Made by a program: the position numbers and the translations under genes. Below the pieces are notes generated by a model. The model saw nothing but the letters and a program-made list of their open reading frames with translations, made no database searches and was not told the DNA's origin. From an uncultured bacterium (GTDB lineage Bacteria > Babelota > Babeliae > Babelales > Babelaceae): a DNA stretch of 64,000 nucleotides. Below are positions 29,725-38,949 of this stretch, in pieces. Location: contig CAWJWZ010000001.1 in the NCBI GenBank assembly GCA_963846705.1, positions 73,922 through 137,921 of the forward strand, in the 5' to 3' direction. Numbering within the stretch: the first letter of the stretch is position 1; the number at the start of each line of letters is the position of its first letter.

Positions 29725-30363
29725 TTAATTAAACACTTCACCCATACTTACAGTAAATAAGAGCAGCTCTTTAGTATCTTCGTTGAGTACACGTATAGTA
29801 AAATCTGGACGTAAATCTGCAGCCTTAATAAAAATAAACTTATCTACCCTGGCATAGGGTGCGATATCAAGGGTATCAGTACCATGTAACGAATTACGAC
29901 GTATATAGTGAGTAATCTTTTTGTTATTTTTGCTCATAGCATATCCAGTTGGTGCAATAACCACAGGAATTAATTGCCAGAAAAAAAGTAACGCAGGCCA
30001 GGATGCCGTAAGAACATAGAGCGAAGTATTATAATGCAACAGTTTTGAAATTTTTTGTGGTGATGCAAGAGAAGTATTTATATAGCTTGGGCGAATAGTA
30101 TAACAATAGGCAGATGTGTTTACAAAAGAAAGATGTACAGGATAGTAATCAGAAGCAGGCAAATCAACACCAAAATATTCTTTACTTTGATGCGATAATA
30201 AAACCTCATAGCTAAATATAAGATTGTCACGTACATGCTGCACTGTTCTATCTGAGGATAATGCAGGACAATGTTTTAAATTAGTTGGTTTTTTGCTGCA
30301 GCTGGCTAATAAAATTATACTAAAAATACTAAAATAGGTTAAAATACGCAGTATATGCTTCAC
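29725..30363 (-). CDS. Putative lipoprotein, unknown function
   Basis: 212 aa. Lipobox-like LLASCSKK after a hydrophobic leader. Confidence 0.5.
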   Translation of the reverse strand: MKHILRILTYFSIFSIILLASCSKKPTNLKHCPALSSDRTVQHVRDNLIFSYEVLLSHQSKEYFGVDLPASDYYPVHLSFVNTSAYCYTIRPSYINTSLASPQKISKLLHYNTSLYVLTASWPALLFFWQLIPVVIAPTGYAMSKNNKKITHYIRRNSLHGTDTLDIAPYARVDKFIFIKAADLRPDFTIRVLNEDTKELLLFTVSMGEVFN

Positions 30364-30484
30364 AAGAAGAATTCCCCACTAGTTGTATGTGCATATCTTA
30401 AATTTTTGCATTTTCTATATTCTGCTTTAAAATAACGTATAAACTCGTAATGGTCAAATTGCAAAAAATATAAGGCTCTTTTCT

Positions 30485-31504
30485 ATGGTTAAAAACTCTA
30501 CCATATATATAGTAAGTATTATACTATGCTGTACTATTTCTTCTCTTTCTGGTTTATTTTTTGAGCTGCTGAGCGAAATAGAAACAATTACAACAGTACT
30601 TACGAAAATAAATGAGCGTAATCGCACCGAATTAATTAATTTTGTTAAAGAAAAAGCAAGAAATTCTTCACAAAATATTTTTACCACAGATATACAAAAT
30701 ATATTGGCATTTCCAACAAAAGGTAATATATTTCAGCAAGATTTTCCTGAGCTTGCAGGACAATTACCGCAAGACGTTACAGAAATAGTAGAATTTTTAG
30801 AAAATCCTGCACGCTTTACCAACTTAGGCGCTCGTATGCCTAAAGGGATACTACTTGTAGGTCCCCCCGGTACCGGCAAAACTACACTTGCTCGCTATAT
30901 AGCAAACACCGCACGCGCTAGTTTTTTTAGCGCTTCAGCATCTCAGTTTATTCAAGAATATGTTGGTGTTGGTCCTAAACGTATCCGTGAATTATTTGAT
31001 GAAGCACGCCAATCAATTAAAAATGGACCCTATAAAGCATCTATACTATTTATTGATGAAATAGACGCTATTGGTAATGCTCGTGATCCCTTTACTAATA
31101 CCGAATACCGTAACACTCTTAACGAACTACTTAACCAAATGGATGGCTTTCATCAAGATCCAACTATTGTAGTTATAGCTGCTACAAATAATCACAAACT
31201 ATTAGATCCTGCCCTTACTCGTCCTGGTAGATTTGACCGCATAGTAAAAGTAACGTTACCCAGTTACAAAGACCGTAAAGAAATTTTAGAACACTATACT
31301 GCCTATCTTAAAATAAATATTCATGAGTATCCTATTGATTTTGATTTTTTAGCAACAAAAACAGAGGGATATAGCGGCGCTGAGCTTAAAAATCTTGTTA
31401 ACGAAGCAGCCATCCGTGCAGCACGAGAAAAAGCTGCTTGGGTACAGCAAAAACATTTTGTTACTGCATTACACGATATTACTATCAAACGCAGCAACAA
31501 ATAA
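30485..31504 (+). CDS. Membrane-anchored single-domain classical AAA ATPase (FtsH/Msp1-ATAD1-like AAA core, no protease domain)
   Basis: 339 aa. N-terminal TM helix. Walker A GPPGTGKT, Walker B ILFIDEID, second region of homology ATNNHKLLDPALTRPGRFDRIV. Confidence 0.85.
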   Translation: MVKNSTIYIVSIILCCTISSLSGLFFELLSEIETITTVLTKINERNRTELINFVKEKARNSSQNIFTTDIQNILAFPTKGNIFQQDFPELAGQLPQDVTEIVEFLENPARFTNLGARMPKGILLVGPPGTGKTTLARYIANTARASFFSASASQFIQEYVGVGPKRIRELFDEARQSIKNGPYKASILFIDEIDAIGNARDPFTNTEYRNTLNELLNQMDGFHQDPTIVVIAATNNHKLLDPALTRPGRFDRIVKVTLPSYKDRKEILEHYTAYLKINIHEYPIDFDFLATKTEGYSGAELKNLVNEAAIRAAREKAAWVQQKHFVTALHDITIKRSNK

Positions 31505-31510
31505 TAGTAT

Positions 31511-32491
31511 CTAGTTATTATTATGCTTAAAAACTTGTTGCATTGAAGCAAAAATACCCATTAACGAGCTCATTTCATACGGCACTATAATAAGCTTATT
31601 GTCTTTACCTTCAGTTAATTGCGGTAATGCTTTAATATATTGCATAGTAATAAGATATGCCGCAGGATCATTATGTGGCATGGCAGCTTTAACAAACTCA
31701 ATAGCACGAGATTCAGCTTCGGCAACTTTAAGACGCGCTTCTGCTTCACTTTGTGCGTTAATAACCCGAGACTCTGCTATACCACGTGCCGTAAGTATAT
31801 TAGCTTCACGCTCACCTTCAGCTTGTAAAATAGCAGCACGCTTCTGTCCTTCTGCTTCTAAAATCACTGCACGACGATCGCGCTCTGCACGCATTTGCTT
31901 TTCCATAGCGTGACGTATATCAGCAGGAGGATTTACTTCTTGTAATTCAACTCTGTTCACTTTAACGCCCCACTTGTCCGCTGCTTCATCAAGAATAATA
32001 CGTAATTTAGTATTTACTTTATCGCGTGATACTAGTGTTTCATCAAGATCCATAGAACCTATTACGTTACGCAGTGTTGTCTGTGCAAGTTTTTCAAGTG
32101 CCTCTGGTAAATTAGCAACAGCATATATTGCTGCTTTAGGATCAATAATTTGATAGTATAATAATGCACTAATTTCCATAGTCACGTTATCACGAGTAAT
32201 AACATTTTGTTTAGGAAACTCGTAAGCTGCTTCCCGTAAATCAATACGCTCAGTAGTTTTTATATACTTATAATATTTTTTATTCTCTATTTCTTTAAAG
32301 TATGTCCATGCATTTGCCCGTGGTGAATCGATAAATGGCACGACTATATGTAACCCTGGAGTAAGCACACGATCAAATTTACCAAAACGTTCTATAATTA
32401 CTGCTTCCGCTTGACGTACCAAAAATAACGACCGTACTATAATAATACTGCTAAGTACTAAACATACTATAATAAATATAAGTGTTACCAT
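31511..32491 (-). CDS. SPFH/band-7 (stomatin/prohibitin-like) membrane protein
   Basis: 326 aa. N-terminal TM helix. SPFH core plus an Ala/Glu-rich coiled coil (AERDRRAVILEAEGQKRAAILQAEGEREA). Contains a ~40-aa insert (SPRANAWTYFKEIENKKYYKYIK...). Confidence 0.85.
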   Translation of the reverse strand: MVTLIFIIVCLVLSSIIIVRSLFLVRQAEAVIIERFGKFDRVLTPGLHIVVPFIDSPRANAWTYFKEIENKKYYKYIKTTERIDLREAAYEFPKQNVITRDNVTMEISALLYYQIIDPKAAIYAVANLPEALEKLAQTTLRNVIGSMDLDETLVSRDKVNTKLRIILDEAADKWGVKVNRVELQEVNPPADIRHAMEKQMRAERDRRAVILEAEGQKRAAILQAEGEREANILTARGIAESRVINAQSEAEARLKVAEAESRAIEFVKAAMPHNDPAAYLITMQYIKALPQLTEGKDNKLIIVPYEMSSLMGIFASMQQVFKHNNN

Positions 32492-32559
32492 AATATCTCC
32501 TGTATAATCCTATGTTGTCTTTTATAGTAATTTAAGTATATCTAGAAATATGTACTAAA

Positions 32560-32605
32560 ACAAAAACAAATATATTTTCTTTGTTGAGAATATATTTGTT
32601 TTTGT
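32560..32605. repeat. Perfect 17-bp inverted repeat (acaaaaacaaatatatt / aatatatttgtttttgt) with 12-nt spacer
   Basis: Read directly: 32560-32576 pairs with 32589-32605. Lies between the stop of the 32682-33059 gene and the start of the SPFH gene, both on the minus strand. Could be a terminator or an operator. Confidence 0.45.
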
Positions 32606-32681
32606 ACTTACGCTGTTCTTTATGAAAAACATTTAAATCTCTTACATCAGTTCTATTATTTTGCAGATACTTTAAAAGAAC

Positions 32682-33059
32682 TTAAGATTCTTGAATTATA
32701 TAAGGAGAACTTTCGTCCTTTTCATTAGCAGGAGGATTAATATCAAAGGTGATTCCTCCACAGTGATAATGAGACCCTCCTGGATCACGAAAACCTGTTA
32801 CAGCATAATGCCAATCACCTCCTAATTGCCATACCTCCAATCCTCTAGTACAACATGCTTTAGAATAGATGTCTACATGCCCTTTAGGTTCTATATATCC
32901 AATTTCATGATCTTTACACAATGAGCCAATGGACTGATATACAAGTGTATACCCTATAGAGTCTGAAGTATTATTACGTATTGTATATGTATAGCCATAC
33001 ATATTAGTAAAGCAATATGTGCCTGTAAATAGTAAAAATAAAATAAACCCTTTTTTCAT
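32682..33059 (-). CDS. Small exported Cys/Gly/Tyr-rich protein
   Basis: 125 aa. Signal peptide ILFLLFTGTYCF. Confidence 0.5.
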   Translation of the reverse strand: MKKGFILFLLFTGTYCFTNMYGYTYTIRNNTSDSIGYTLVYQSIGSLCKDHEIGYIEPKGHVDIYSKACCTRGLEVWQLGGDWHYAVTGFRDPGGSHYHCGGITFDINPPANEKDESSPYIIQES

Positions 33060-33129
33060 TATATCTCCTCATTGTATTGTATCGCGTAAATCTAATAATG
33101 TTTTTATAAATAATATTTCTAATTATAAT

Positions 33130-33173
33130 TATTCTTGCATTTTACAGTACAATGCACTAAAAATGCAAGAATA
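33130..33173. repeat. 14-bp perfect inverted repeat (tattcttgcatttt / aaaatgcaagaata) in a divergent promoter region
   Basis: 33130-33143 pairs with 33160-33173, 16-nt spacer. Lies between divergently transcribed genes at 33059 (minus) and 33321 (plus). Confidence 0.4.
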
Positions 33174-33320
33174 TAATTAATACTATTTTAATAATCACAA
33201 ACTATTTTTAGTATATTATAAAAATTGGCACTGCAGGATAACAAAGTTTCTATCTAACTATTCGCCTTATGGTCTTAATATGCTATACTTAATAAAAACA
33301 TTTACAATTATTTAATTATT

Positions 33321-34055
33321 ATGCATATTATTAACATTTTTATACCTGGCACGCTGCCACCAAACTTTATTATGAAAATATCTGTTGTTCATAGATTTCT
33401 CTATTGCCTGCCTGGTCTTACATTAGCCCGTAATCTTGGGCCTGAATATCATATGAACAAAATAGCGCGTACTCTTGCACAACAAGATGCCCAGCGCTTT
33501 CCTCTAGATACTTTTTATCTTTTCGGTTGGTCAGGTGCTTTAAATTTTAAAGCACGACAACAAGCTGCAGATAGCTTGTATAGCCACATTAAGCACTTAG
33601 TAAAAAGTTTTGCAGAGACACCATATATTCGTATTATTACTCATAGTCACGGTGGCAATGTTGCATTAAATCTTGCACGTAGCTATCCTGAACTAGAACT
33701 ATTTACTATTAACGAGCTGATTCTATTAGGGTGTCCCGTACAAGAAGCTACACGTGATTTTGTTAATGCCCCTCTTTTTGGTAAAATTTATTCGTTTCAC
33801 TCGCATATTGACCTTATCCAAGTATTAGATCCTCAAGGACTTTCGCAGGCGAGTACTTCTTTTTTTTCTCATCGCCATTTTCCCTTCACGTCAAGAGTAC
33901 TACAGGTCAATCTTACACTTAATAAGCGCAATCTATTTCATCTTGAATTCTTAATGCTGAAATTTTTTACCCTTTTACCTCAAGCACTTACTATTCTTGA
34001 AACTCAGTATTATCATCATGTTGCAAGAGATATTTATATTAATATAACGCGCTAG
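33321..34055 (+). CDS. Putative alpha/beta-hydrolase (lipase/esterase-like); nucleophile elbow THSHGG
   Basis: 244 aa. IRIITHSHGGNVALNLA fits a GxSxG-type elbow with Ser replaced by His at the x position. Downstream Asp/His candidates present. The 3' end overlaps the convergent delta-60 gene by 4 nt. Confidence 0.45.
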   Translation: MHIINIFIPGTLPPNFIMKISVVHRFLYCLPGLTLARNLGPEYHMNKIARTLAQQDAQRFPLDTFYLFGWSGALNFKARQQAADSLYSHIKHLVKSFAETPYIRIITHSHGGNVALNLARSYPELELFTINELILLGCPVQEATRDFVNAPLFGKIYSFHSHIDLIQVLDPQGLSQASTSFFSHRHFPFTSRVLQVNLTLNKRNLFHLEFLMLKFFTLLPQALTILETQYYHHVARDIYINITR

Positions 34056-35536
34056 AATTTCCAGGCACACAGTGGACATGATGCACTTACACATACGTCA
34101 CAAATACATGTACGTTCTTGCATAAACCCATGAGAAGCATCTTCAATACACGTACCAGTTATAGAATTTACCAGTTGTTTAATAGGAGTACTAATATTTT
34201 TCGGTGTTCCCCAATAGCATGCTATAGCAAAACCACTTTTCTTACGATTACGTGTATTTTGTGCGCTTCCGATTGCTAAAATATTACCTGACTGCTGAAT
34301 TTGTAGTGAACGTATTTCAGCAGATATATTATTAAATTCACTGAGCACTTTACCATATTCTCCAAATGAATAATCAAGTGTACCGTCTTCCTTATAACGT
34401 GCGAGAGCAAAACATCGCTCTTTAGTATCTTCATTTTTTACTGCAAAACCACCTAAGAGTATTTTGCCATCTTCTTGTATAACTAATGAGAAAGCTCCTT
34501 CTTCAAGCCCGGTAAAATCAGTTAGAGCTTTTCCCTCCTTGCCAAAGCTAGTATCTATACTCCCATCTTTGTTATAACGCACTAGAGCGAAATTAGTACT
34601 TATAGATTCATCGCTTCGCTGCGCGATACCTCCTACTACTACTTTACCATCCTTTTGTAGAGCGATATCATGGCCAACTGCTTTGAATCCCCGTATATCA
34701 GTAATAACTTTTCCATTAATACCAAATGACTCATCGAGTTTTCCCTGAGGAGTATACCGTACGAGTGCAAATCGTATATCGTTAGGAGTATAGCCTATTG
34801 TTGCAAAGCCTGTTACAATAATTTTTCCATCAGGCTGAAGTGCAATTTGTTGTATACCATCACAAAACCCAAAAAATTCAGTAATTATTTTACCTTTTTT
34901 GCCAAAAGATTCGTCAAGAGTACCATTAGAGTTAAGACGTGCGAGCGCAAAATTTTGTTCCCCTGTTTTAGGCTGTACTGCAGACCCAGCAACTAGTATT
35001 TTCCCATTAGACTGTATTGCTAAACAAGTGGCAGTATCTTTATGGCTAAAAAAATTTACGAACGATTTACCTGCCTGTCCAAACTCTTGATCAAGAGATC
35101 CATTACGGTTATAACGTGTTATAGCAAATATACAGGTACTCATTTCTTGACTTGGTGTAGCACAACCTGCTACTACTAGTTTTCCATCCTTTTGTTCTTT
35201 TACTGCACACGCTTGAGCACTATAATGGGGAAATTGAGTAATTACTCTACCATGTTGTCCAAATGTATGGTCAAGCACACCTTTTTTAAGATATCGTGCA
35301 ATAGCAAATGCCTGCTCAATAGGGTTATCTTTATATGTAGTGGAACCAACGACAATTAATTTATCATCATTTTGCAATGTAGCAGCTAAAGCCTGACCGT
35401 TCCAACCAAAAAAATCGGTAACGACAAATCCTTGCTGCCCAAACTTTGCATCTAAACTCCCTTCTCGAACAGTTTCAACTTCAGCATACAAGCGTAAAAA
35501 CAAAAAGATAATAGTAATAATAAAACTCTTTTTCAT
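34052..35536 (-). CDS. Signal-peptide protein with seven ~60-aa delta-60-type repeats (predicted beta-propeller) and Cys-rich C-terminus
   Basis: 494 aa. Repeats DAKFGQQGFVVTDF / DHTFGQHGRVITQF / DQEFGQAGKSFVNFF / DESFGKKGKIITEFF / DESFGINGKVITDI / DTSFGKEGKALTDF / DYSFGEYGKVLSEF at about 60-aa spacing. C-terminal tail TCICDVCVSASCPLCAWKF. Confidence 0.65.
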   Translation of the reverse strand: MKKSFIITIIFLFLRLYAEVETVREGSLDAKFGQQGFVVTDFFGWNGQALAATLQNDDKLIVVGSTTYKDNPIEQAFAIARYLKKGVLDHTFGQHGRVITQFPHYSAQACAVKEQKDGKLVVAGCATPSQEMSTCIFAITRYNRNGSLDQEFGQAGKSFVNFFSHKDTATCLAIQSNGKILVAGSAVQPKTGEQNFALARLNSNGTLDESFGKKGKIITEFFGFCDGIQQIALQPDGKIIVTGFATIGYTPNDIRFALVRYTPQGKLDESFGINGKVITDIRGFKAVGHDIALQKDGKVVVGGIAQRSDESISTNFALVRYNKDGSIDTSFGKEGKALTDFTGLEEGAFSLVIQEDGKILLGGFAVKNEDTKERCFALARYKEDGTLDYSFGEYGKVLSEFNNISAEIRSLQIQQSGNILAIGSAQNTRNRKKSGFAIACYWGTPKNISTPIKQLVNSITGTCIEDASHGFMQERTCICDVCVSASCPLCAWKF

Positions 35537-35637
35537 GCATTTCCTTTTATTCTATACGTTCTTTTATCGATGAGAATAAGCAAAAAATAAGTAAAAAGGC
35601 AATATTATACTTAAAATTAAGAATACATTATGTAGAG

Positions 35638-37530
35638 TTACCTAATAATTCGTTTTACTAATTTGATAAGTGCATCTGCATTAATTTCTTCATAAGCAAG
35701 TAATTCTTGGGAAGTACCTGAACGAGGAATTTGCTGCACCGCACACGAATATACAGATATATTTGTATGAGCAAGGGCAGTGCGCACTGCTTCACCAATA
35801 CCACCTGCTACATAATGATCCTCCGTAGTAATAATCTTATTACTACCGTTCTCTGCAACAGTTTGTACAGTTTTTACATCAAGTGGCTGCACTGAATATA
35901 AATCAATAACGGCAATAAAAATATTTTCAGCACGCAAGCGCTCATATGCTGCAAGCGCTTCAAAAAGCGTTATTCCTGCAGCAATAACTACAACTCTATC
36001 ATGATCACTATGCTTAAGTACTTTACATCCTCCTATATAAAAATTTTCAGTCTCATGATATATAACGGGCGTTTCTGCGCGTGTTGTACGTAAATAGCTT
36101 ATACCTTGTGTATACTGTATCATGCAACATATCAGTTTATAGGTACTCACAGCATCACTTGGATAGAGCACTATTGCATTAGGTAAAAGCCGCATTAACG
36201 CTATGTCTTCAAGGCCCATTTGTGAAGGCCCATCTGCTCCAACTGATACTCCTGCATGAGAACCTACCACTCGTAATGCAGCGCGACTAATAGCACTCAT
36301 ACGTAATTGATCAAAAGCACGTGTAAAAAATGCTGCAAATGTAGATACAAATGGAATAAATCCCTGTGAGCACAGACCAATAGCCATGCTCACCATATTT
36401 TGCTCCGCAATAAAGCATTCGATAAATCTATCAGGATGTTCTTTTTCGAAAATTTCAGCAAAGGTAGAATTTTTAACTTCAGCATCAAGAGCAATAATTT
36501 TTTTATTATAATTTCCCAAAATTGCTAGTGATTGTCCGTATGCTTTGCGCGTTGCAAGCATTTGACCTTGCGTATATGCAGGAAGCGGAATTTCATCTTG
36601 AAAAGAATTACGCGCCTCTATTGGTTGCTCTTGAGAAGAAAAGTGTGTAGGATGCCACGTATAACTATAACTGCGAGTAGTTTGTGATGCAGCCCAGAAT
36701 CTATGCTTAAGCTGATTAAGCATTGCAGGCAGCTCTTCTTTTTTTACTGCATGTCCATGATAATTTTCTTGATCTTCAAGCCTATCAACTCCGTATCCCT
36801 TATAGGTCTTTGCAATAATTATACTCGGTTGAGAACGAACTTGTTTTGCTTTATCAAGCGCTTCTATTATTTCAGGTATAGAGTGACCATTAATAATAAA
36901 CGTATACCAGCCAAATGCAGACCACATACGTTGGTAACGCTCAACATCATGATTCCAAATAACCTGATTTGCTTGACCAAAACGATTGTTATCTAAAATC
37001 ACTATAAGATTACCAATAGTATAATAGGCAGCTATTTCTGCTGCTTCCCATATTGACCCTTCAGTAATTTCACTATCCCCAAGTAATACATAGGTATAAA
37101 AAGTGCGCTGTTGCAACCGTGCTGCCAAGCTTATACCAAGACCAATAGAAAGACCCTGACCTAATGAACCAGTAGCTGCTTGTACATAAGGAAATCGTGG
37201 CGTAGGATGCCCCTCTAAAGATGAATTAAATTGACGCAAACTCATTAATTCTTCGTCTGATATAACACCTACTTCATGCCAAGCGGCATATAATAACGGT
37301 GCAGCATGCCCTTTTGATAAAATAAAACGATCATTATCAGGATGTGTATAATTATAGGGATCATAGCGCATTGCATAAAAAAATAAAGCAGCTACAATAT
37401 CAGCAGCAGAAAGACATGATGTAGGGTGACCTGAACCAGCCTGTGTTGTAGCACGCAAGCTATTAACCCTCAGCTTATATGCCTTATGTTCTAAAAAAGC
37501 TTTATATGCTTGATCACCACCAATATTCAT
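35638..37530 (-). CDS. tkt: Transketolase
   Basis: 630 aa. TPP-binding SGHPTSCLSAADI, DRFILSKGHAAP, GSLGQGLS; Pyr and C-terminal domains intact. Confidence 0.9.
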   Translation of the reverse strand: MNIGGDQAYKAFLEHKAYKLRVNSLRATTQAGSGHPTSCLSAADIVAALFFYAMRYDPYNYTHPDNDRFILSKGHAAPLLYAAWHEVGVISDEELMSLRQFNSSLEGHPTPRFPYVQAATGSLGQGLSIGLGISLAARLQQRTFYTYVLLGDSEITEGSIWEAAEIAAYYTIGNLIVILDNNRFGQANQVIWNHDVERYQRMWSAFGWYTFIINGHSIPEIIEALDKAKQVRSQPSIIIAKTYKGYGVDRLEDQENYHGHAVKKEELPAMLNQLKHRFWAASQTTRSYSYTWHPTHFSSQEQPIEARNSFQDEIPLPAYTQGQMLATRKAYGQSLAILGNYNKKIIALDAEVKNSTFAEIFEKEHPDRFIECFIAEQNMVSMAIGLCSQGFIPFVSTFAAFFTRAFDQLRMSAISRAALRVVGSHAGVSVGADGPSQMGLEDIALMRLLPNAIVLYPSDAVSTYKLICCMIQYTQGISYLRTTRAETPVIYHETENFYIGGCKVLKHSDHDRVVVIAAGITLFEALAAYERLRAENIFIAVIDLYSVQPLDVKTVQTVAENGSNKIITTEDHYVAGGIGEAVRTALAHTNISVYSCAVQQIPRSGTSQELLAYEEINADALIKLVKRIIR

Positions 37531-37612
37531 CTTTATTCCTTATTAAAATACAGTATATCTTAACTTTATACTTTTTTTTTCGGTACTATAATAAAAATTA
37601 CCAAGGAGAGTT

Positions 37613-38863
37613 ATGAAAAAATATATACGAGACATATTAGTGCTGTATTATACAATAGCTCTTTGTATTACCATATACTCTATGGATAATACAAAGACTT
37701 CTAGCACACCTCCTCCATTCTCTATGCTTGAAATAACTCCCTATACACCTAGTCACTTAACTGAGGCTGGTCCATCTTCGAGAAAACGACAGGACTCACA
37801 TAAACGAAATGTATGCGTGCTGTTGAATAACAACAGAAAGATATATCCAAATCCTTCAATTCTTCATCTCTTTAAAATACTGCGCTCTCCTTCTCAACAG
37901 GAGATAGAGATCAAACTACCTATGGCAAATAGCAAACAAGCTCACGTACTTTTTAATCTTGTTAAAAGTGCACTCCAGCAAACTGACCAGTCACTTGAGA
38001 ATATATATACACGAATAATACAGGAGTTGCTTACTTATAATATTGATCAGGTTCTCATTCTTTTGCGTACCGCCCACGCTCTTGGCATTATAGAGGATAA
38101 TAAAATTACTTTAGCACTTAGTGCAGCACTTATTACTCGGTATACACATCTTAACCCTAATATTTCATATCGTATTGGGGCAAATATTCAGCCATATCTT
38201 AACCCTAATGCTGAGTTTTTACCAGAAAAGCATACTGACAATGAAAAAGATATTTATTTTATACAAAAAGTAGCACGACACTATAAAAATAGTACCGGTA
38301 CTTCATTACCTCTTAGAGTTGGTACTATTAATCAGCAACTTATTGAAGGAAAACAATTTACTATCACTGATAATACCCTTTCATTACACACTCAAGAATA
38401 TGAAGATATTAGAGGGATTCACAATATCACTAATATCAATACTGTTACTAAAATTGACCTATCGTATAATAGATTAATACATTTACCTGTTGAATTAGGA
38501 GAATTAGTCACTGTACAAGATCTTGATCTCTCGTATAACTATATCACTAGACTTATTTGTCCTGTATTTGCGCTTAAGAACTTAATTAGGCTTAATCTAC
38601 ATATGAATCAACTTACTGAACTATCTCATGAAATTAAAGAACTTAGCAACTTAACAGAGCTTAACCTGTCTATGAATAAGCTTGAAAGACTACCTCTTGA
38701 GCTTATCTTTTTAACTAGATTGCAAAAACTTTTTATTTCTGACAACCCCTTTAATCCTGATGAAGCAACAATAATTACACGTATAACTGAAAGTCTCAAC
38801 CGCCAAGGATGTACCACGTTTAATTTAGAAGCTAAACAATTGACCCCTCATACCCCTTCTTAA
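37613..38863 (+). CDS. Signal-peptide leucine-rich-repeat protein, eukaryote-like
   Basis: 416 aa. C-terminal LRR array (IDLSYNRLIHLPVELGELVTVQDLDLSYNYITRL...LNLHMNQLTELSHEIKELSNLTELNLSMNKLERLPLEL). Confidence 0.75.
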   Translation: MKKYIRDILVLYYTIALCITIYSMDNTKTSSTPPPFSMLEITPYTPSHLTEAGPSSRKRQDSHKRNVCVLLNNNRKIYPNPSILHLFKILRSPSQQEIEIKLPMANSKQAHVLFNLVKSALQQTDQSLENIYTRIIQELLTYNIDQVLILLRTAHALGIIEDNKITLALSAALITRYTHLNPNISYRIGANIQPYLNPNAEFLPEKHTDNEKDIYFIQKVARHYKNSTGTSLPLRVGTINQQLIEGKQFTITDNTLSLHTQEYEDIRGIHNITNINTVTKIDLSYNRLIHLPVELGELVTVQDLDLSYNYITRLICPVFALKNLIRLNLHMNQLTELSHEIKELSNLTELNLSMNKLERLPLELIFLTRLQKLFISDNPFNPDEATIITRITESLNRQGCTTFNLEAKQLTPHTPS

Positions 38864-38949
38864 ACCTTTCTGTTTGCACAAAATAAAAGAGTACTAATAT
38901 AGTAGTAGCACTTCTTGTAAAATACATAAAAGAACTTACACTCATAATT

